A program made the translations under genes and the position numbers. The notes under the pieces were generated by a model, which ran no database searches, was not told the DNA's origin, and worked only from the letters and a program-made list of their open reading frames with translations. This document shows positions 38,701 to 53,700 of a stretch of 64,000 nt of DNA, piece by piece. How positions within the stretch are numbered: position 1 is the first letter of the stretch; each line of letters starts with the position of its first letter. Source of the stretch: Balanoglossus misakiensis (lineage: Eukaryota; Animalia; Hemichordata); contig CM082578.2 in assembly GCA_040954595.2 (NCBI GenBank), forward strand, positions 13,918,304 through 13,982,303, read 5' to 3'.

Positions 38701-41700
38701 TGTCTCTCTTGTCCATCCGTCCCTGTTAGAAGGAACACGTCAGCGACAGTCGGCTGAATGACATGAACTGATGGTATGATGCCAGGAAAGTTCGTTGACA
38801 TCAACAAAAATCGTCAGACAGTGATGGAACCATAATTGTGGCCAAAAAGATGGAAACAAAACCCAAGACTTGGGTAACTCAAGCCAAAGCGTCTTTGCTC
38901 AAACATTGCCGTCGATCCCTGAAGATTTTTTAATTTGTGAACAACCCTCCAGATAACTCCAATTTCCCTTACAGACGATCAAATGTCGATACATATCGGG
39001 AGTGTTGTGTAACATCTCTCCGCAATCTTCCGGGAAAATAACTTGATGATTGCCTTGCTGATATTTGCAATAGCATCGAAATTAACGCGGAAGGCGATGC
39101 AATGCTTCGTGAGAAACATACATATATCTCAATGAGGCCTTAATATCAGGCAAAAATAGTTTTTCCTCTTCAATAATTTACAGAATGGGTGAGATCACCA
39201 CAATCACTTTCATTCCATTTCAACAAGACGTACACTTGAAATTTGAAAAGGTGCGATTTGAATGGGTGACGTGATATTGTGAGTCTACACAGGTGTGAAA
39301 GGGAACGAGATTGACATATGTATTATTAAGACTACAATCCTCTCTCGATGAGAAAAAAATAGTCATTTTTCATCATTGTTTTAGGGCACTCTTCAGGGCA
39401 AGCCATTGGTGACGTGCAATTTACCACAACACGCAGCGGAAGCCATTTCCTGAAGTACATTGAATCTCTTGGCAGTTTCAATAGCAAACCACTGTATAAG
39501 TGGAACGGAATAGGAAGGTCACACTTTCCATTAAGTAAAGTGACTGTGTATATTCCCAGGGTTTTGTCAGCGTTCGATTTCACAGCTTTAGATTAATAAG
39601 TTCCTTTTTTATATTTGTAAAAAAGAAATGACGATAGTTTGTTTGATTGTGGCACGCTTTTCGTTGTTGGTAGCGTGAATTAATCGCCGGTGGATGCATA
39701 AATTGGATTTACTCCTTAATTTTCAGGGGAATTAATGTTGTAATTCGGTTGCAAAGATAACATCTGTAGCTGATCGTAATACGCCTGGTGAATTTGATAA
39801 TCGATTTTACACAAAAGGTACCGGAATGTACCTGTCGATATCCGAGCATTCTAAATCTAAACTTCGCAAGGGAATATCATATAATCGAGTGACACATGTC
39901 AATTTTTAAAATTATTTTTGTTTCGTTTTGGCTGTGTTTTGAGATTATTCGAACCCTTTACCCATTTATAACAAGCATGCCAAAGTTAGTCCCTCTGGAT
40001 ACGTACTTCCCCACCTACACAATCAACGCGTCCATACATTGACTTCGTGGAGACTGAGATACATCTAGACTGTGTACTGTGTTCTCCACACACATAGACA
40101 CACTCTCTTTCTCTTCCCAACATCGGCTCTAGACAACTTCCATATTGTACAAACTCATCGCTCATAATATCAATCATCAAAGAAATCAGAGGTTTGCAGC
40201 GCAACAAGCGACACATATCCAGCTACGCTGACGAAAGAAACTATTTTTTTCTATCAATACTAATATTTCAACATAAAAGATTCCTGCAGAGACGCCAGAG
40301 TGAGGTAAGTTTACTGTAGAAAAGAATTGTTGTCGTGTTTGGCATATATGTCAATTTTCTCGTGCTATATCTTTTATAGTTCTCACATAGTCATTTCCTT
40401 TCGAAAAGGTTAAACTATATGAAGCCGATTTATTCAGATCCAAATATATCGAACCTCTTTGGATTTTCTGTGTGGTCCATGCGGTGCTAATACGACGGTG
40501 ACAAAACGCTTGACAATAGGGTAGATTCTTGCAATTGCAATAACATTTACGTATGTAAGAACGTGACTTCCATTCAATCTTCTGCAACAAGATTGAGTCC
40601 AAATGATTCATCGCGCCTGTGAACAAACAGATAGAAAGACTGCACCACATATAATGTCAGGACTTCTCGGTTGCTGTATTATGTTATATTGGGCTGGTGC
40701 GATAGTTTCTTTTTTAACAAACCCTTTGGAGTGATATGACAGTGTTCTGATGGATATCGCTAGAACCGGTCACGTCGATTCTGCGAAAGTAACGTCATGT
40801 GTATTCATCTCGTGTGATATCTCCGTATGTCTAATGTCTGTTATCGTCAATGGTCCAATACCGATAAAATTGCGTTTGTTTAACCATTAGCGTCTCATTA
40901 TGTTAAGATATGTGTGACCTGGTGCGGGCCATTTGGATAAACGTGTGAAAAGATGTGCGTCAGCCACTATCGGTCCATTCGCACAACCATATGTTATTTG
41001 GACACTATACACTGTACATGTGCAAACATCTCTTGACGCCAACGATTCTAATCGTCCGTAACACAACACCGCACGGCTCCCAAAAGCACTGGAAACACTG
41101 CATCGTCAGAGAAATGCTGTTTAAAGCTCAGACAATCGCCAATCTGCAACTGGTGTTCTGCTTTCAACGTTCCAACTCTAGGCTATAGCTTATAGGTTCA
41201 CAATGTCATCAATTTACTTTGTTTGGCCAACTACAATATAAATCACAATGTCAGGTATAAAAGAAAGATATTCTCTCTTTTCAGAACGCAATATTTCAGC
41301 GCCAATTTTGCAGTCCCAACAGGATTTCATCGTGATTACCATTGTCGATACATTGTACATAGAACGAGAAGTTGAATATGTTTTATTTTAATATCAGCAG
41401 GCCAGAAGGTTTGAAAGATTATTGAATGATACTTGACTTAACAAAGTGAATTGTAGACGGCATGAATCGCTTTCAACCTTTTTAGTGATGGAAACAGGAA
41501 ACGCAAATGGAGGAACACGAACTGTTCGGCTCACAGATACGCAGGGGGATTGAAAGCTGCTGATGATGTTCGCCCACGCCACCAGCGCGTGCTTTTGTTG
41601 TTGTCTAGTGTGCATGAGACATGGAAGCTGAACGCTAGACAACTGGTGTATTACATCCGTTTTCCGATAAAAAATATCATTGTCAAATTACTTGAATGAC

Positions 41701-44700
41701 GAATGTGTCCATATACTGATAAAAAGATACCTCGTAAGCTAATACTATTCTCTCCCTGAAATGTAAGCATGTGAGCCACCCATAGCAGTTTTTATTTTCA
41801 AATGTGAATGCTCTTTGGCTGCCTACAGGTAAATCACTCGAGTCGTGTCGGCATACTTTTAACTGGATCGCCTTGGCACTTTTCATGCCGCATGATCAAA
41901 TTAGCAGGCTGCTTTGTTAACACACGCCACTGAAGACAGATTCATATCGAAATGGGTATATAATTGACAAAGCACTGATTATTCAGTTACAGAATTTACA
42001 GTTTACGCAAATAGGCAGGATAAAGTGTGGCTGTGAATTATTGAATTCACTGAGCATTAGAATGGCCGTCTTCATACCCCTCTCTAGCAGCAGAGCTCAG
42101 CCAAGCCACGGGATATAGCAAAATGGGCCCTGTTGAGGAGACTTCTTCATTTTACCGCGTCAAAGCTACACCAGACGTCATTCTGATCCTAGCTAAAGCT
42201 ATTCATTGGGACATAATAAGTCACACACAAAGCTGCTGGGTTTTGAACCATATCATGGCAATCTATTTCAACCCTTATCCATTTTCCAGGGATTTTGTTA
42301 GATTCGTTATATCTTCAAGCTTATATACCTCATATTTTGTTTTTGCATTCTTCATGCATAGGCATGATAGCCTTGGAGGGATTGTTTTGTTTTGCTGGTG
42401 ATCATGCTGATACTGTCTATGTGAGGAGTGTATATAGATGGAATGATTCCATCACAAAGCCCCGTTTATCCCGTGTTGATTCTATTTTTTGAGCTCAAGG
42501 TACTTTTTTGTGTACAAATCGCATCATCTTTGAGAGTTACAGCTTGGGTAATGCATCCTTATATACAGGTACATTCAACTTGTTATCTATCTATCTGCAA
42601 ACGATTTCTGAAACTCAATAGTTATGATTTGAAATGTCTAAAAATATCGCGAACAGTGCTTGTGTTGAAAGACTATCCTCATTGAGTTTACTTGTTTTGA
42701 ATCAAAAGCATTTCAATAAGCCCAAGCATGTCTCCTGGGTGCGTACTTGACAAACTTTCCCCATGTCACTCGATAGGAATAGATCTGTTTGAAGGCCAGA
42801 GAAGGTAATTGACTCCGACCCAGATGTACAAATACACGGCTGTTACAGACATGACCTGAAATGTTGACTGCATCTAGCGTTAATTGACAGGTGATGGGAG
42901 AAAGATTGCTCTCGCAGCTTAAATAAATATATGTATTGTTGGAGAAACCCGAGCTCTCATGCCAGTGCAGCTTTAACACGCTTAGCGCTTGTTATACGTT
43001 TTATGGCGAGAATGGTATTTCCTAGCGCTATGTTACAGAACATAGACGGCTCAGATGGTATATTCAGTGGATACTCTCTGCGTAACAGAATCTCAGTATG
43101 CCCAAAACTCCAGTGGGCATATAATGTTTGTAACTGCCTACTTACGTTCACAATGGACTTCTATGCGCCATATAAGAGATATAAATATATTTGTTGGCTA
43201 CTGAAATGCTTATGCTCAAATAAAAAGGCGCCATGCTACCGTCACAAGGCATTTCCACCAGTAGCGCATGTGCCACAAGGAGTCTATAATTTTGCAATAG
43301 GTGCATATTTGACTCAAATGAAAACTGAGACATGTGCAAAATAAGATACCCGGAATTTGTGTTTATGCGTCCACTCTCTGAGTTTTGTTCAGTCCAAAAT
43401 GCTATGTGCAACCAACATCTACTGACATCAAATGATTTGTCCTCAGCTCAAAATGGATCCACCATCAGGTAGACACGATGGCAGTAGTCATTTCCAATAT
43501 CCAATTTGTCCACCCGTAACTCTCCACAGCCATATTGAGTTGTCACGGCAGGGTGTCCTTCTCGTAAATGAAAGTTTACGTGCCAACGTACAGATATGTA
43601 ATGACGGTGTTCCTTTGTGACAGCCGGGGTAAAGTGTCGTTTTTACTGTGGCCAATAATGTGGGGACGTCCACGCCAATTTTCAAACACTTCCGCCACTT
43701 GTACTAATAACAACGCCAACGTACGAGCGCTTATGAAGCTCAGAATGTAATAAATAAGTGATTACATTGACGCTATGAGGGATGACATGCGAAAGTTTCA
43801 GAGCCAAATAGATGTCTCCATAAAGTCGGTAAGATTGGTAGAGGGAATAACGTCGAATACTGATTAATCAATCTGAGATTGGTATAGAGACCAGACCGTT
43901 TACACTGCAAAAAGATTGACCAAAAGAGCACATTTCATCTAAAACTCTGACTATTAATGTTACATGTGATGAAGATTCTGATGCACACATTCATAGATTG
44001 CAATCGATTTCTTATTGCACTCGGGAACTGATCACAATTGGTAAATGCCGTAGGGTCACTCGCTGCACATATTCGCTCCGACTGCTTTATCATTGCAAGG
44101 AATGACATATACATGTATGTGATGGTCCACCTGTTTGCCTTCGTGTTTCTTTTCCCAGAGTGCAGTTCCTACTCAGACTCTTACTGCTGAACATCTTATA
44201 GTACATTAAATCGCTGATTCAAAGGGCATCTGGTTCGACGCCAGAGGGCGCGCGCGGTAACTGTGACTTACTGGCACATGCATTACAAACTAGCGACACA
44301 TGCACTCGAGATAGGGGTGGGTCCATTATACCTCCATACCTCCCTGACACTTCGACGCCGAGACTTGGGAGTTCCCCATGGGTATTTGAAGAAAAAAACA
44401 CGCCAATCTGTCTGTCTGCGAAAATGGAACTAAGAAATTTTCCTGGAGTGCTGTTATGAGTTCAAAATCGAGGTATTTAAGAATAGACGTCAACACAACT
44501 TGTGACCCGCGGTATAGAAATGCATATGGCATGGCATGGTGACGGCACTACGACAGCAGTGCAACTGGCGCCTGGCAAACAAAGAATAGTCTGCCGCGTA
44601 TCACCACGCATTGCTTTATTAGATGTCTGTGTTAGGTACTGGTTCTGGTCCACACAATATTACTTTCCCAGTATGTACAAGTAGAAACACGTTTTATCAG

Positions 44701-47700
44701 TCAACTGAAAGGAGGCTAAATATGAGCATCTCTTCAAAATCCAAATATCCTAAATAAGAATTACGACCCCTGTATGCGAAAAAGCTCCATTAAAATAACC
44801 ACAAACCTAAAATGATAATCTATATCCTAAATTTTTATGATTGCTTTATTTCGGAAGTTGCAGAATAGCCCCAAGAAACCTTAACAAACCACTTAAGATG
44901 AGTAAAGTGCTCGAGGCGGCGTCAACTCAGCAATACATCAAGAAACATATCACCATCATGACGTTTTCGGATACGAGGCCAGTGATTTTCTCCGCTGTTT
45001 GGCTCACTTGCGAAAAGAAAGATTTACTAAAAGGGTAAAATATGATTTTCTAATACGCAGAAACGGAATTAATCTCACCCGTGGGAAATGTTGTACCTCT
45101 AAGGCGATCACGAAAGTTGTGGTAGGTAGATGTTTTCTGTGTGTAATTTTAATCTCACAGGCACACACGAGGCTAAACATAAAGTGGCTAATGCCGCTTT
45201 TTCGCTTCGCTGAATTTGAAAAGCTATCTACTTCATTTTCAACCGTCTTGATGACGTCTTTCATGTTGATTTATACGGTTGGCGACTATAGCTTTCCCTG
45301 TACGCGCCATCCAGAAAGACAGCGATGAAGTCGAAGATACCACTCACTAGCCTCAGTTACTAATTGTAGGCTCACGGATAGCCACGTGTGTGATTATGGA
45401 ATCTTCCTATCACACTATCATTTTATCCGAAGCAGTATCTCTGTACTTTGGACTTGAGATGAAATAGTCAGAAACGGAACCTCGCCTATACAACCCGATA
45501 TTGGAAATTATACAGAAAAGATACGACACTGGAGATTCCTGTTATGATGTCAGCATTCAGATAACGCGGCACAGACATACCGATACAACAGCGATTGCTC
45601 CCTTGTATTAGTTCACATCTCGAGACAGGACTTATCAAAAAGTCTAGTAATCATATGATTAAAAGAAAAATGGCTGCATGTTAGCCATGTTGGATCACTT
45701 CGTAAAACAACCGTGTTATATTGATCTACTTCAAAGACAAACAGCATAGAAGCACAAAAACACACATTGCGGCAAATACATGTGAAGACTCTGTATGTTT
45801 TTAATTTCCTATACTCATATTGACTATAAATTCAACGTTTATGAGCGCATGGGCATCACAGCATGCCCCGATGCACGACGTTTACAATCAGTGACAGTCA
45901 CAAAGAAAATGTGAGCTGCCTATTCGCTGGATGCTGTCGTTTGCGCCGTTCTGTCATGCGTAGTTACAACCGACGTGAATTGTGGCTTCATAACGCCTAT
46001 CTCACTGAAACCCCGTTGTTGTTGACTTGATCAGTGTTAGACGTAATGGCCTACTGCTTTTAAATATGCATTAAGTGTACTCGAGGATTATGGATGGTAA
46101 AAGCTGCTAGTGCACTTCTTTTAATCGCTATTTCGAACGGAAATTTCTCAGAGTCGGCCGTCGTATCACAGAGCGATATGGACGTCATACCGCTCAGTTA
46201 CTAAGGACTGAATGAACAGCATCACGATTGGACAAGTTCCTTCAAATTAGACGTATGACAAGAAGCAGAAATTTGGTGTGTATGATCGCCAATTTGTGGT
46301 GAGTTAATTCAAGGATTACCAACGAGCTGACAAACACGACATGGGTATATAACGAATAGTCCAACCTGTAAGACTGCTTTCACGGCGGTGTACCGGTATA
46401 AGATGCCTTTTGCCAGGTATCGCATGAGCTGCGCACTGAAGTATTTTTTGTAATTAAAATTAATTTTTAAAGGGGGCAACGTCCCTCTTATTTGATGCGA
46501 GTTGTGGGTTAAATCAAGGATAAACGTACACCCCTGGGAAACTGTCCATAATCTAGGTAACCATGACCAGCTACAGTAACGATGCACCGTAATAGCATTC
46601 ATTTGCATATTCCCCACTTGCTGGTCTTTGCAAGAAGTCAAAATTCTCTGAAGGCCATAAACCCATAAGCACACATCAGTTTACCAACGGTTAATTGGTA
46701 TGATGATCGTTGGTATCGGCATGTGCGTGTTCAGAAGATTAAACTATATTTCCAAGTTTACTTATTTTTCATTGATTAAAGAAAGATGTATTGCGACGGG
46801 GGAAATGTTCTGCTTTATGTCGTTGATGATTTGATGTGGATTTGGTCTCCCAGGGGATAATTGTGAAGCTGCCCAATACGTGAAAATAAATGAAAAATAA
46901 TTTATGTGCTCACAGGATTTGTGTCAATGCTTCAAAGCTACAGCAAGTCTACATTGGTCTTGATTTGTGTGGTAACATGTATTTATTGCGTCTTGTTCAG
47001 TATCATAAATTAAACTGGTGCTATCAGCTCGTCAGTGTCCCAAGTAAGTTGTGATAAATACTCTAAAAGGTTACGGATGTTGAAGTAAGAATACAAAAAA
47101 AAGATATAGAATAAAAGCGATTGTACCAGACAACTGTCACAGCATAATGGTTATCATAATTTAGAAATCCCCTCGTGTATACATCTCTGAGGACTTAAAT
47201 GGATTGCGCCTCGTCTGTTTGTCAGACCATCATAACAGGGGCATTATTGAAACTATTTCATTCAAATTCGTCTTGTGATATTATCCAATACGGCTACGTG
47301 TACCAGACGGCCATTTTTTATATGCTTAGTAGAACTATTCCTCACAAATACATGTTCTTAGACTGATCAAGGCCTAATTTGCATATTTGACAAATGTTTG
47401 CTCTATAAATCTAGAGTCACTTCACTAAATTCGCTGAAAGTACATGTGCGTGGTACAGATACAGTATTCTTAATTTGCACTAAATAGTTACTACCAATGC
47501 CTGGGGGGAATTTATAGCACTTAATTTGATGAGATTTGCTACATATATTGTTTTTCGCAGAGTCTGCACTGTGAGACATTTAGTAGAGTCGTGATTTGCA
47601 TGTTTAACATCTGAATATACTGAGAGACTATAACTTTTTTTATTTGCATGTTTGATTCAATTTTTGAACTTGGGCATATACTCAAGCTGCGCTTCCCCCT

Positions 47701-50700
47701 TTCACAATCCCTTGAATTACAATGTCAAGGTGCCTCAATATACAACATGAACTCCCCTGAGAAGAAGTGGAATAGCCCAACGTTAAGGCACTTTACGAAA
47801 GACTTCCTTAAAGCACGAAGTATTGCAGATCAAACGAGCAAAGACAACGCTCAACACAACACTCTGTACAGAAAATTGGATGGTGAGGTAGGCCCTACTC
47901 AATTTCATTCGTATAAAGACGCTGGAATCTTTACGGGCAACCAAATCGTAAGTTCAGTGTGACCTTTTTTGTGCGCAACATTACTAGACACACCCTATTT
48001 CGTCCGACTCAGACGTGGCTTCTGAAAGAGATTTAAATGTGAATGTGATATCCAATAGATGATGCTTTATCATGGTAAAAGAAGAAACAGGCATTTTATA
48101 TAAGAGTTAAAATTCCAATATGTCGTTGCGAATTTTATATAAACTGAGTGTCGGGACATTTGCAGTGAGGCTAGCATTTTTAGTTTGATTTAATTGGCGT
48201 TGTGCATAGAGCAACAATAATACACCTGGAATGTGATCCACCACTCTTTGTAGTCAGACACTAGCTGACAAAGACATGTCCGATGCACAGTTGTCAGGTC
48301 TCCAAGCACTTGCCATCTTGATCATGTCTGGCAAGCAATGCAAACAGTACCTTTTGGGAGCCGACAGGATATTACCTATCATATATATCATCATGATTCA
48401 TAACATAATTATGCAATACCTTCGGCCACCATTCATAATCATCATCGTCGTCGTCATTGTTTTGAAGAACAACCGCATGATCGACGTTATATATGTAGAG
48501 CTGTCGGGTGTTATGCATTATACATTCAGATGAAGTTTGAGTCTGAATGACAGTTACACCAAAAAGGATCAATCTATTCAGAGCTGGTGATTTTATGATG
48601 GGAGCGGTTTATGAATTATGGCAAGGGAGGATAATAATTTTGAAGAAAATATCGCATTATTACGATATCTATTACGCCCTTTCGTCAACTGTTCTACAAC
48701 ATGCACACGTATCTAATTTATCTACAATGTAATTTACAACCTTTTTGCTAGTTTTTAATTCCACTAAGGGACGTTGCCCCAACATTAAAGTTTATTTATG
48801 GGGAGAGACGAGAAACGGGTCAAATTAACAGGTCATATAGTGTAGACGAAATCGTCATAGGAATTTAGCTTTGCGCTCTTTCTCGCACTTGCGTTAAATT
48901 GAGAGTGGTTAAGGTGGAATCGGTTATGGCCCTCATAATCAAGATACTATGAAAATCTAATCAAAATGATGAAAACTTCCATTAAACGATGGAAGGAAAT
49001 TATTTTCAGCCTTAGAACATGTCCTCACACCCATGGGATATGGAAGATGGATTGCTATCCAGTGCATGCACACTCCTTGACGGTCTATCAGCATGTGCTT
49101 CCCCAATACCTAAATACAAAAACCATGTGACAAACTACCAGTTACATCAACCTTTGGCATTTCCGCCCAATTTTAAACTTAAGATATATTTCAGATTTAG
49201 TTGGCAACAAATTTTGTATAGGCCTGCAGCTGTATAACAGCTTCAGTAGACACAAATTAACTATGCATTCCAGTTCCACTTGATATAATTCTAAACAAAT
49301 CCCATCCCATGAGACCGAGAAATGTATTAAAGTCAATTAAAGTCAATCTAAAATTATGCAAATGGAGCTACAACAGCAATGTATTGTGGGATTGAAAAAC
49401 ACGGCTATAAAGTCAGTGAAAATTTATGCAAATCAAACCACGGTACTACAGAAATGTCTTGCGGGGTAATAGCCTTCCTGGCTCTTTCTCTGATTCGCTG
49501 CAAATGTCATGATATCAGTGGATATTTCACTCGTGGGCAGAAGACATTGTGTTATGTCATTCAACTACATGGCACCGTGATATTTGAAGGTTTACGAAGC
49601 TGAAAGGAGAAGCACAATATTTTGTCCCGTTGTCAACTGACGTCATCGTCTTGCAGATCGTGTGATATATAAAGAGACAGAGTTGCCCAAACATCCAGCA
49701 TACACAAGTTAGTACCGCTTGAAAGAAAAAAGATGCGCATCTCCCTCCAATAACTTGAAAATAACGAGATTACAGCGTTTACGACGCCAAGTGTGACAAA
49801 TTCTATTAAAATCAATGCTATCTTTTCCCCCAATCACATGAAGCACACAGAAGTCTAACAAATAAATCTCGCAAATGATGAAAGCCATTTACTGGCGGAG
49901 TACATCTTCCTTTAATCCGTAACATCATGTGCGGGATCCCGTGACCTTCCCATCAGGGTCAATCATAAAAATTATGCGGTTTGACAGTTCTCACTTCTGC
50001 TAATAACAGATGTAAATGTGAGTGATGAGGGTTCTTGTAAGATTAGCAGAGGTGAACAGCTACAAGGGCCCGCTATATATCTTGATGCAGATGTATACTG
50101 GGGTGTCCTTGCATGGTGACAGAAAGTATGGAAAATCAGCTATCTACATGTACATCGTGATGTAAGGACTTTTCGCCAAGTTCCATTATAATGAATGCCT
50201 TGGGAGAGCAATATATCATGAAAACTGTGTGGTATAAAAGTGTTCCTCATATATCACTGGAACAATATCATTATGCAAGTAGTATTTCTCTGATAATTTT
50301 CCGACTCTTATATTTGACATTTACGACTTCGTTATTCAGCAACTGGCCTTCATGTAGGAATAGAATTAAGGCAGCAATCAACCCGCACACACAAAAACGG
50401 TTTGACAATACAAGTGTGGGCAATTTTGAAGAAACGGGCGTGTCAAGTCAGTGCGTTGGGACATATTCTCCACGCAACTTCAGCAACCGCCCTTATAATG
50501 TCCGTTCCAATGGCAAAATTATCTTTTCGGTATTTTTCCCCTTCGCAAGCTGATCGAAGTTCAAGTTTGTTCAAGTTTGCTAATTTGCTAGATCGGGTGC
50601 TTTCTCCACAGTTTTTAATCATTTGTCCTTAATATGGAATTCACTGTCGTGTAATACATGACATCCTCTCTACACTGCATGTACACAAAACACTAACGGT

Positions 50701-53700
50701 TAGTCGTACGAAATGAACTGAACGACTGCATAATGTGATTACATGTATCATTTCACTGATTACTAAATACCAATCAAGGCGAGTTTTACCCACTACACTG
50801 GTTCCACTAGTATTATTCCTCTATGGGAAGTAGAGCAACTATCTGCGTAACCATGGCATGCAGTGAACAATAGTAAAATCTCGTTTAACTTAATGTCATT
50901 TATATAGGGATGATAAGCATTCTAGGCATACCTATGCAATCATGCTACAAGCCCGAATGGCTGTCGTTTACTACCACATTAAATTGAAACCACTCTAAGT
51001 GTATCCCCTAGTTGTTTAATTATATCAATAACGTCCTCAGGCTTGATTCCAATGTCAACAACAAACGCGAAACGTCGTAAATTCTGAAATATTGTCGGCG
51101 TCTTTCCTGGCAAGTTTGGACCACTAACGTCATCGACGTCTGACTATATTTGTCAAGTAATATGCTGAGCAATATACGTCATACTCAATAACGGTTTCAA
51201 GCAGACGCCAACCAAACAAACAAACGAGCACAGTCCCAGTGCAAATGGAATTACCTACTATAAAGAAGTAAGCATTTGCTTGGAAGTGATATGGCAACTT
51301 CAGCACATGTCAGAGTGAGAACAAGGTAGTCTAAGATCAGAAACTTGGTCTGGTAATACACTTTACATTTAAAAACACACAGAAAACCAGCCCTAATATA
51401 TGGCGACACACAATTTCACACCTGTTACACCTGTTTGTTACATGTGCGATCGAACTACATTTACAGTCATAGCCATAACTCATAGATACATCAATTCATG
51501 TATGTAGAGGCATTTCTTTAATAAATATTACTGATAAAATATTTACTCAATTTTGTGTTTATGATACTGTGCGTATACCTGGAGAAATATAAAAATTATT
51601 TTTCCAAACAAATGTACGAAACTGTGACCCAAATGGCCCATTTAACACTAATTTATTATCTGAATTAAACAGCACAAGTCTCTGTGGATTACGTCACTAC
51701 TATCAAGAGACTCGTAATCATACTGATTTACTAGCTGCAGAGTTTTGTATCGGCTGGCCAAACATAAAAAAATAGGCCAACAGCGAGGTATGAGACACAC
51801 AGGCAGACCGATGACAGATAAGGTATTCAAAATAATCAAATTAATATGACTTGTACAGCTCGGTCGGTACATACAGATTATGAGCTGAAATGATCATAGC
51901 AAGTATCCACATTTGGTGGAATGAGAAAGCCAAATATATTCAGCAACACAGAAACATACGGTAGAAAATACGGATGTCTTCAGTAAAGTAAGAAGGATTA
52001 CGCGGAAAAGAGGATGGAAAATGCAAAAGAAGGCAGGAAGTTTGAATAGAATAGAATCCACAGAGAATATGAATACTGAAAGCAAAAAGAGTCAGATAAA
52101 GATTACGTTCTACCAGTAGCAATTTGTAGACATTTTTTCGGGGAATTATTTCGGTAAATTGGACAATCTATACAGGCAATCGCGCTCGCATTTACAATAG
52201 AATTCTAGCCTTTGGCCCCAAGTTTGTTCGTGCTTTCTTGTATCGGCAAAACCGAACATAAAGGTTGCACAGAGACGTGTATCAAATTTGAGTAACTGCG
52301 CATTCATGGTAAAATGTCAATACTGAAATGATCCGAGTTCATCTTTCCGCCAACGAATATCAGGCAGTGGGTTTTTTTAATTGCGCACACTCACAGATTA
52401 CAGCAACTTCAAACCAAATTACACCTGTATCATTTGACCAATATTATTAATAATAGGTCCCTCCAGAGCGAAGCGCTGCTACCCGCTGAAAGCCAGGGAT
52501 CTCTTCTTCCAAAGACTGCGTCACATGTAAGTGGAAATACAGATGCTCTGGCGAACAACGAGATTTCGTGATCGAAATCCATCGAAACTAATTCACTGTG
52601 CTACCTTTGAGGGGAGAGCTAATTTAGATAAACTTGGATGAAATGAAACTATCGCACGGACTCACTGCAAAGATAACGAAAGTGTAATGAAGCTTATACA
52701 GTGAGTTTCTCTATTTCACGGTGGCGGAGTACAAAGACGACGCGTAGATTGGAAAATCAATACGATTCAACGTTTCGAATAGTCGTTTTCAAACACGATA
52801 TTGCCTCATCATACGTAAACATACTGATGTTCAAGTGATGGAACTTGAGCCACTGACAAGTAGACTTTTAATTAGTATGACATAACCAAATAACCAGGGG
52901 AGAAAACTGGACAGCCGTAGTGGATCACATCACCAAACAAATGGATCTGTGTGTGCATGTCAGAATACATTATCCTTGCGCCAAATTTGCAATAACGTTG
53001 CCCCCACATGTCTGCAAAAGTGCTCCGGGGCTGGACAGTGGGCAGATGGATGAACAGACCCCAGGCAAATGACTTTGTCCGCAAGAACTATATGTACCAT
53101 TCGATATGGTGATTAAGAAGTAAGGCAACAATTTTGCAGAGATGATCGTTACTGTTTTATGACACCCTATTATGGAGGCCAAGCTAGGTTACCGTTGAAG
53201 CTGTAATTTACGCAGCCCCGGCAGAGATAAAAAAATAAAAATTTCCAATCTCAAAATTCAATATTAAATGGTAGATTTAATCTAGGAGAAAACTGATAGA
53301 TGTAATTCTTCTCGAGGGTCACTTTACAAAAAGGAATGCCGCATATGATGTATAAGGTGACCCGGATGTTGGAGTCGGAGATGATTGTCAAAACAATGGA
53401 ATGCCTGCAAATGCGTCCTTATGCGGAATTTTCGCACGGACACCTGTACGTGTTGTGACCATCTGGGTCGATAGTGTACATGTATAAGTTCTGTCTTGAC
53501 AGCTGGGGTTGGCAAGTAATACATCTCTTTACATCTTCTTTGAACATGTCCGCATAAATGATGGAGTACTTCATCTTCCAGTGCCACATTCATTAATTAA
53601 AGAAGCAATTGCAGTGGCAGAAAATACCGCGATATTCATTTTGACAACCACAAAGATGACCGCAGAGGCATGCATATGAATGTATTAAAATAAACTAGAT

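Noticed and set aside
42123-43750. Cluster of 60-137 aa ORFs on both strands
   Set aside because: No recognisable domain, no consistent strand or frame and no clear splice structure; consistent with chance.
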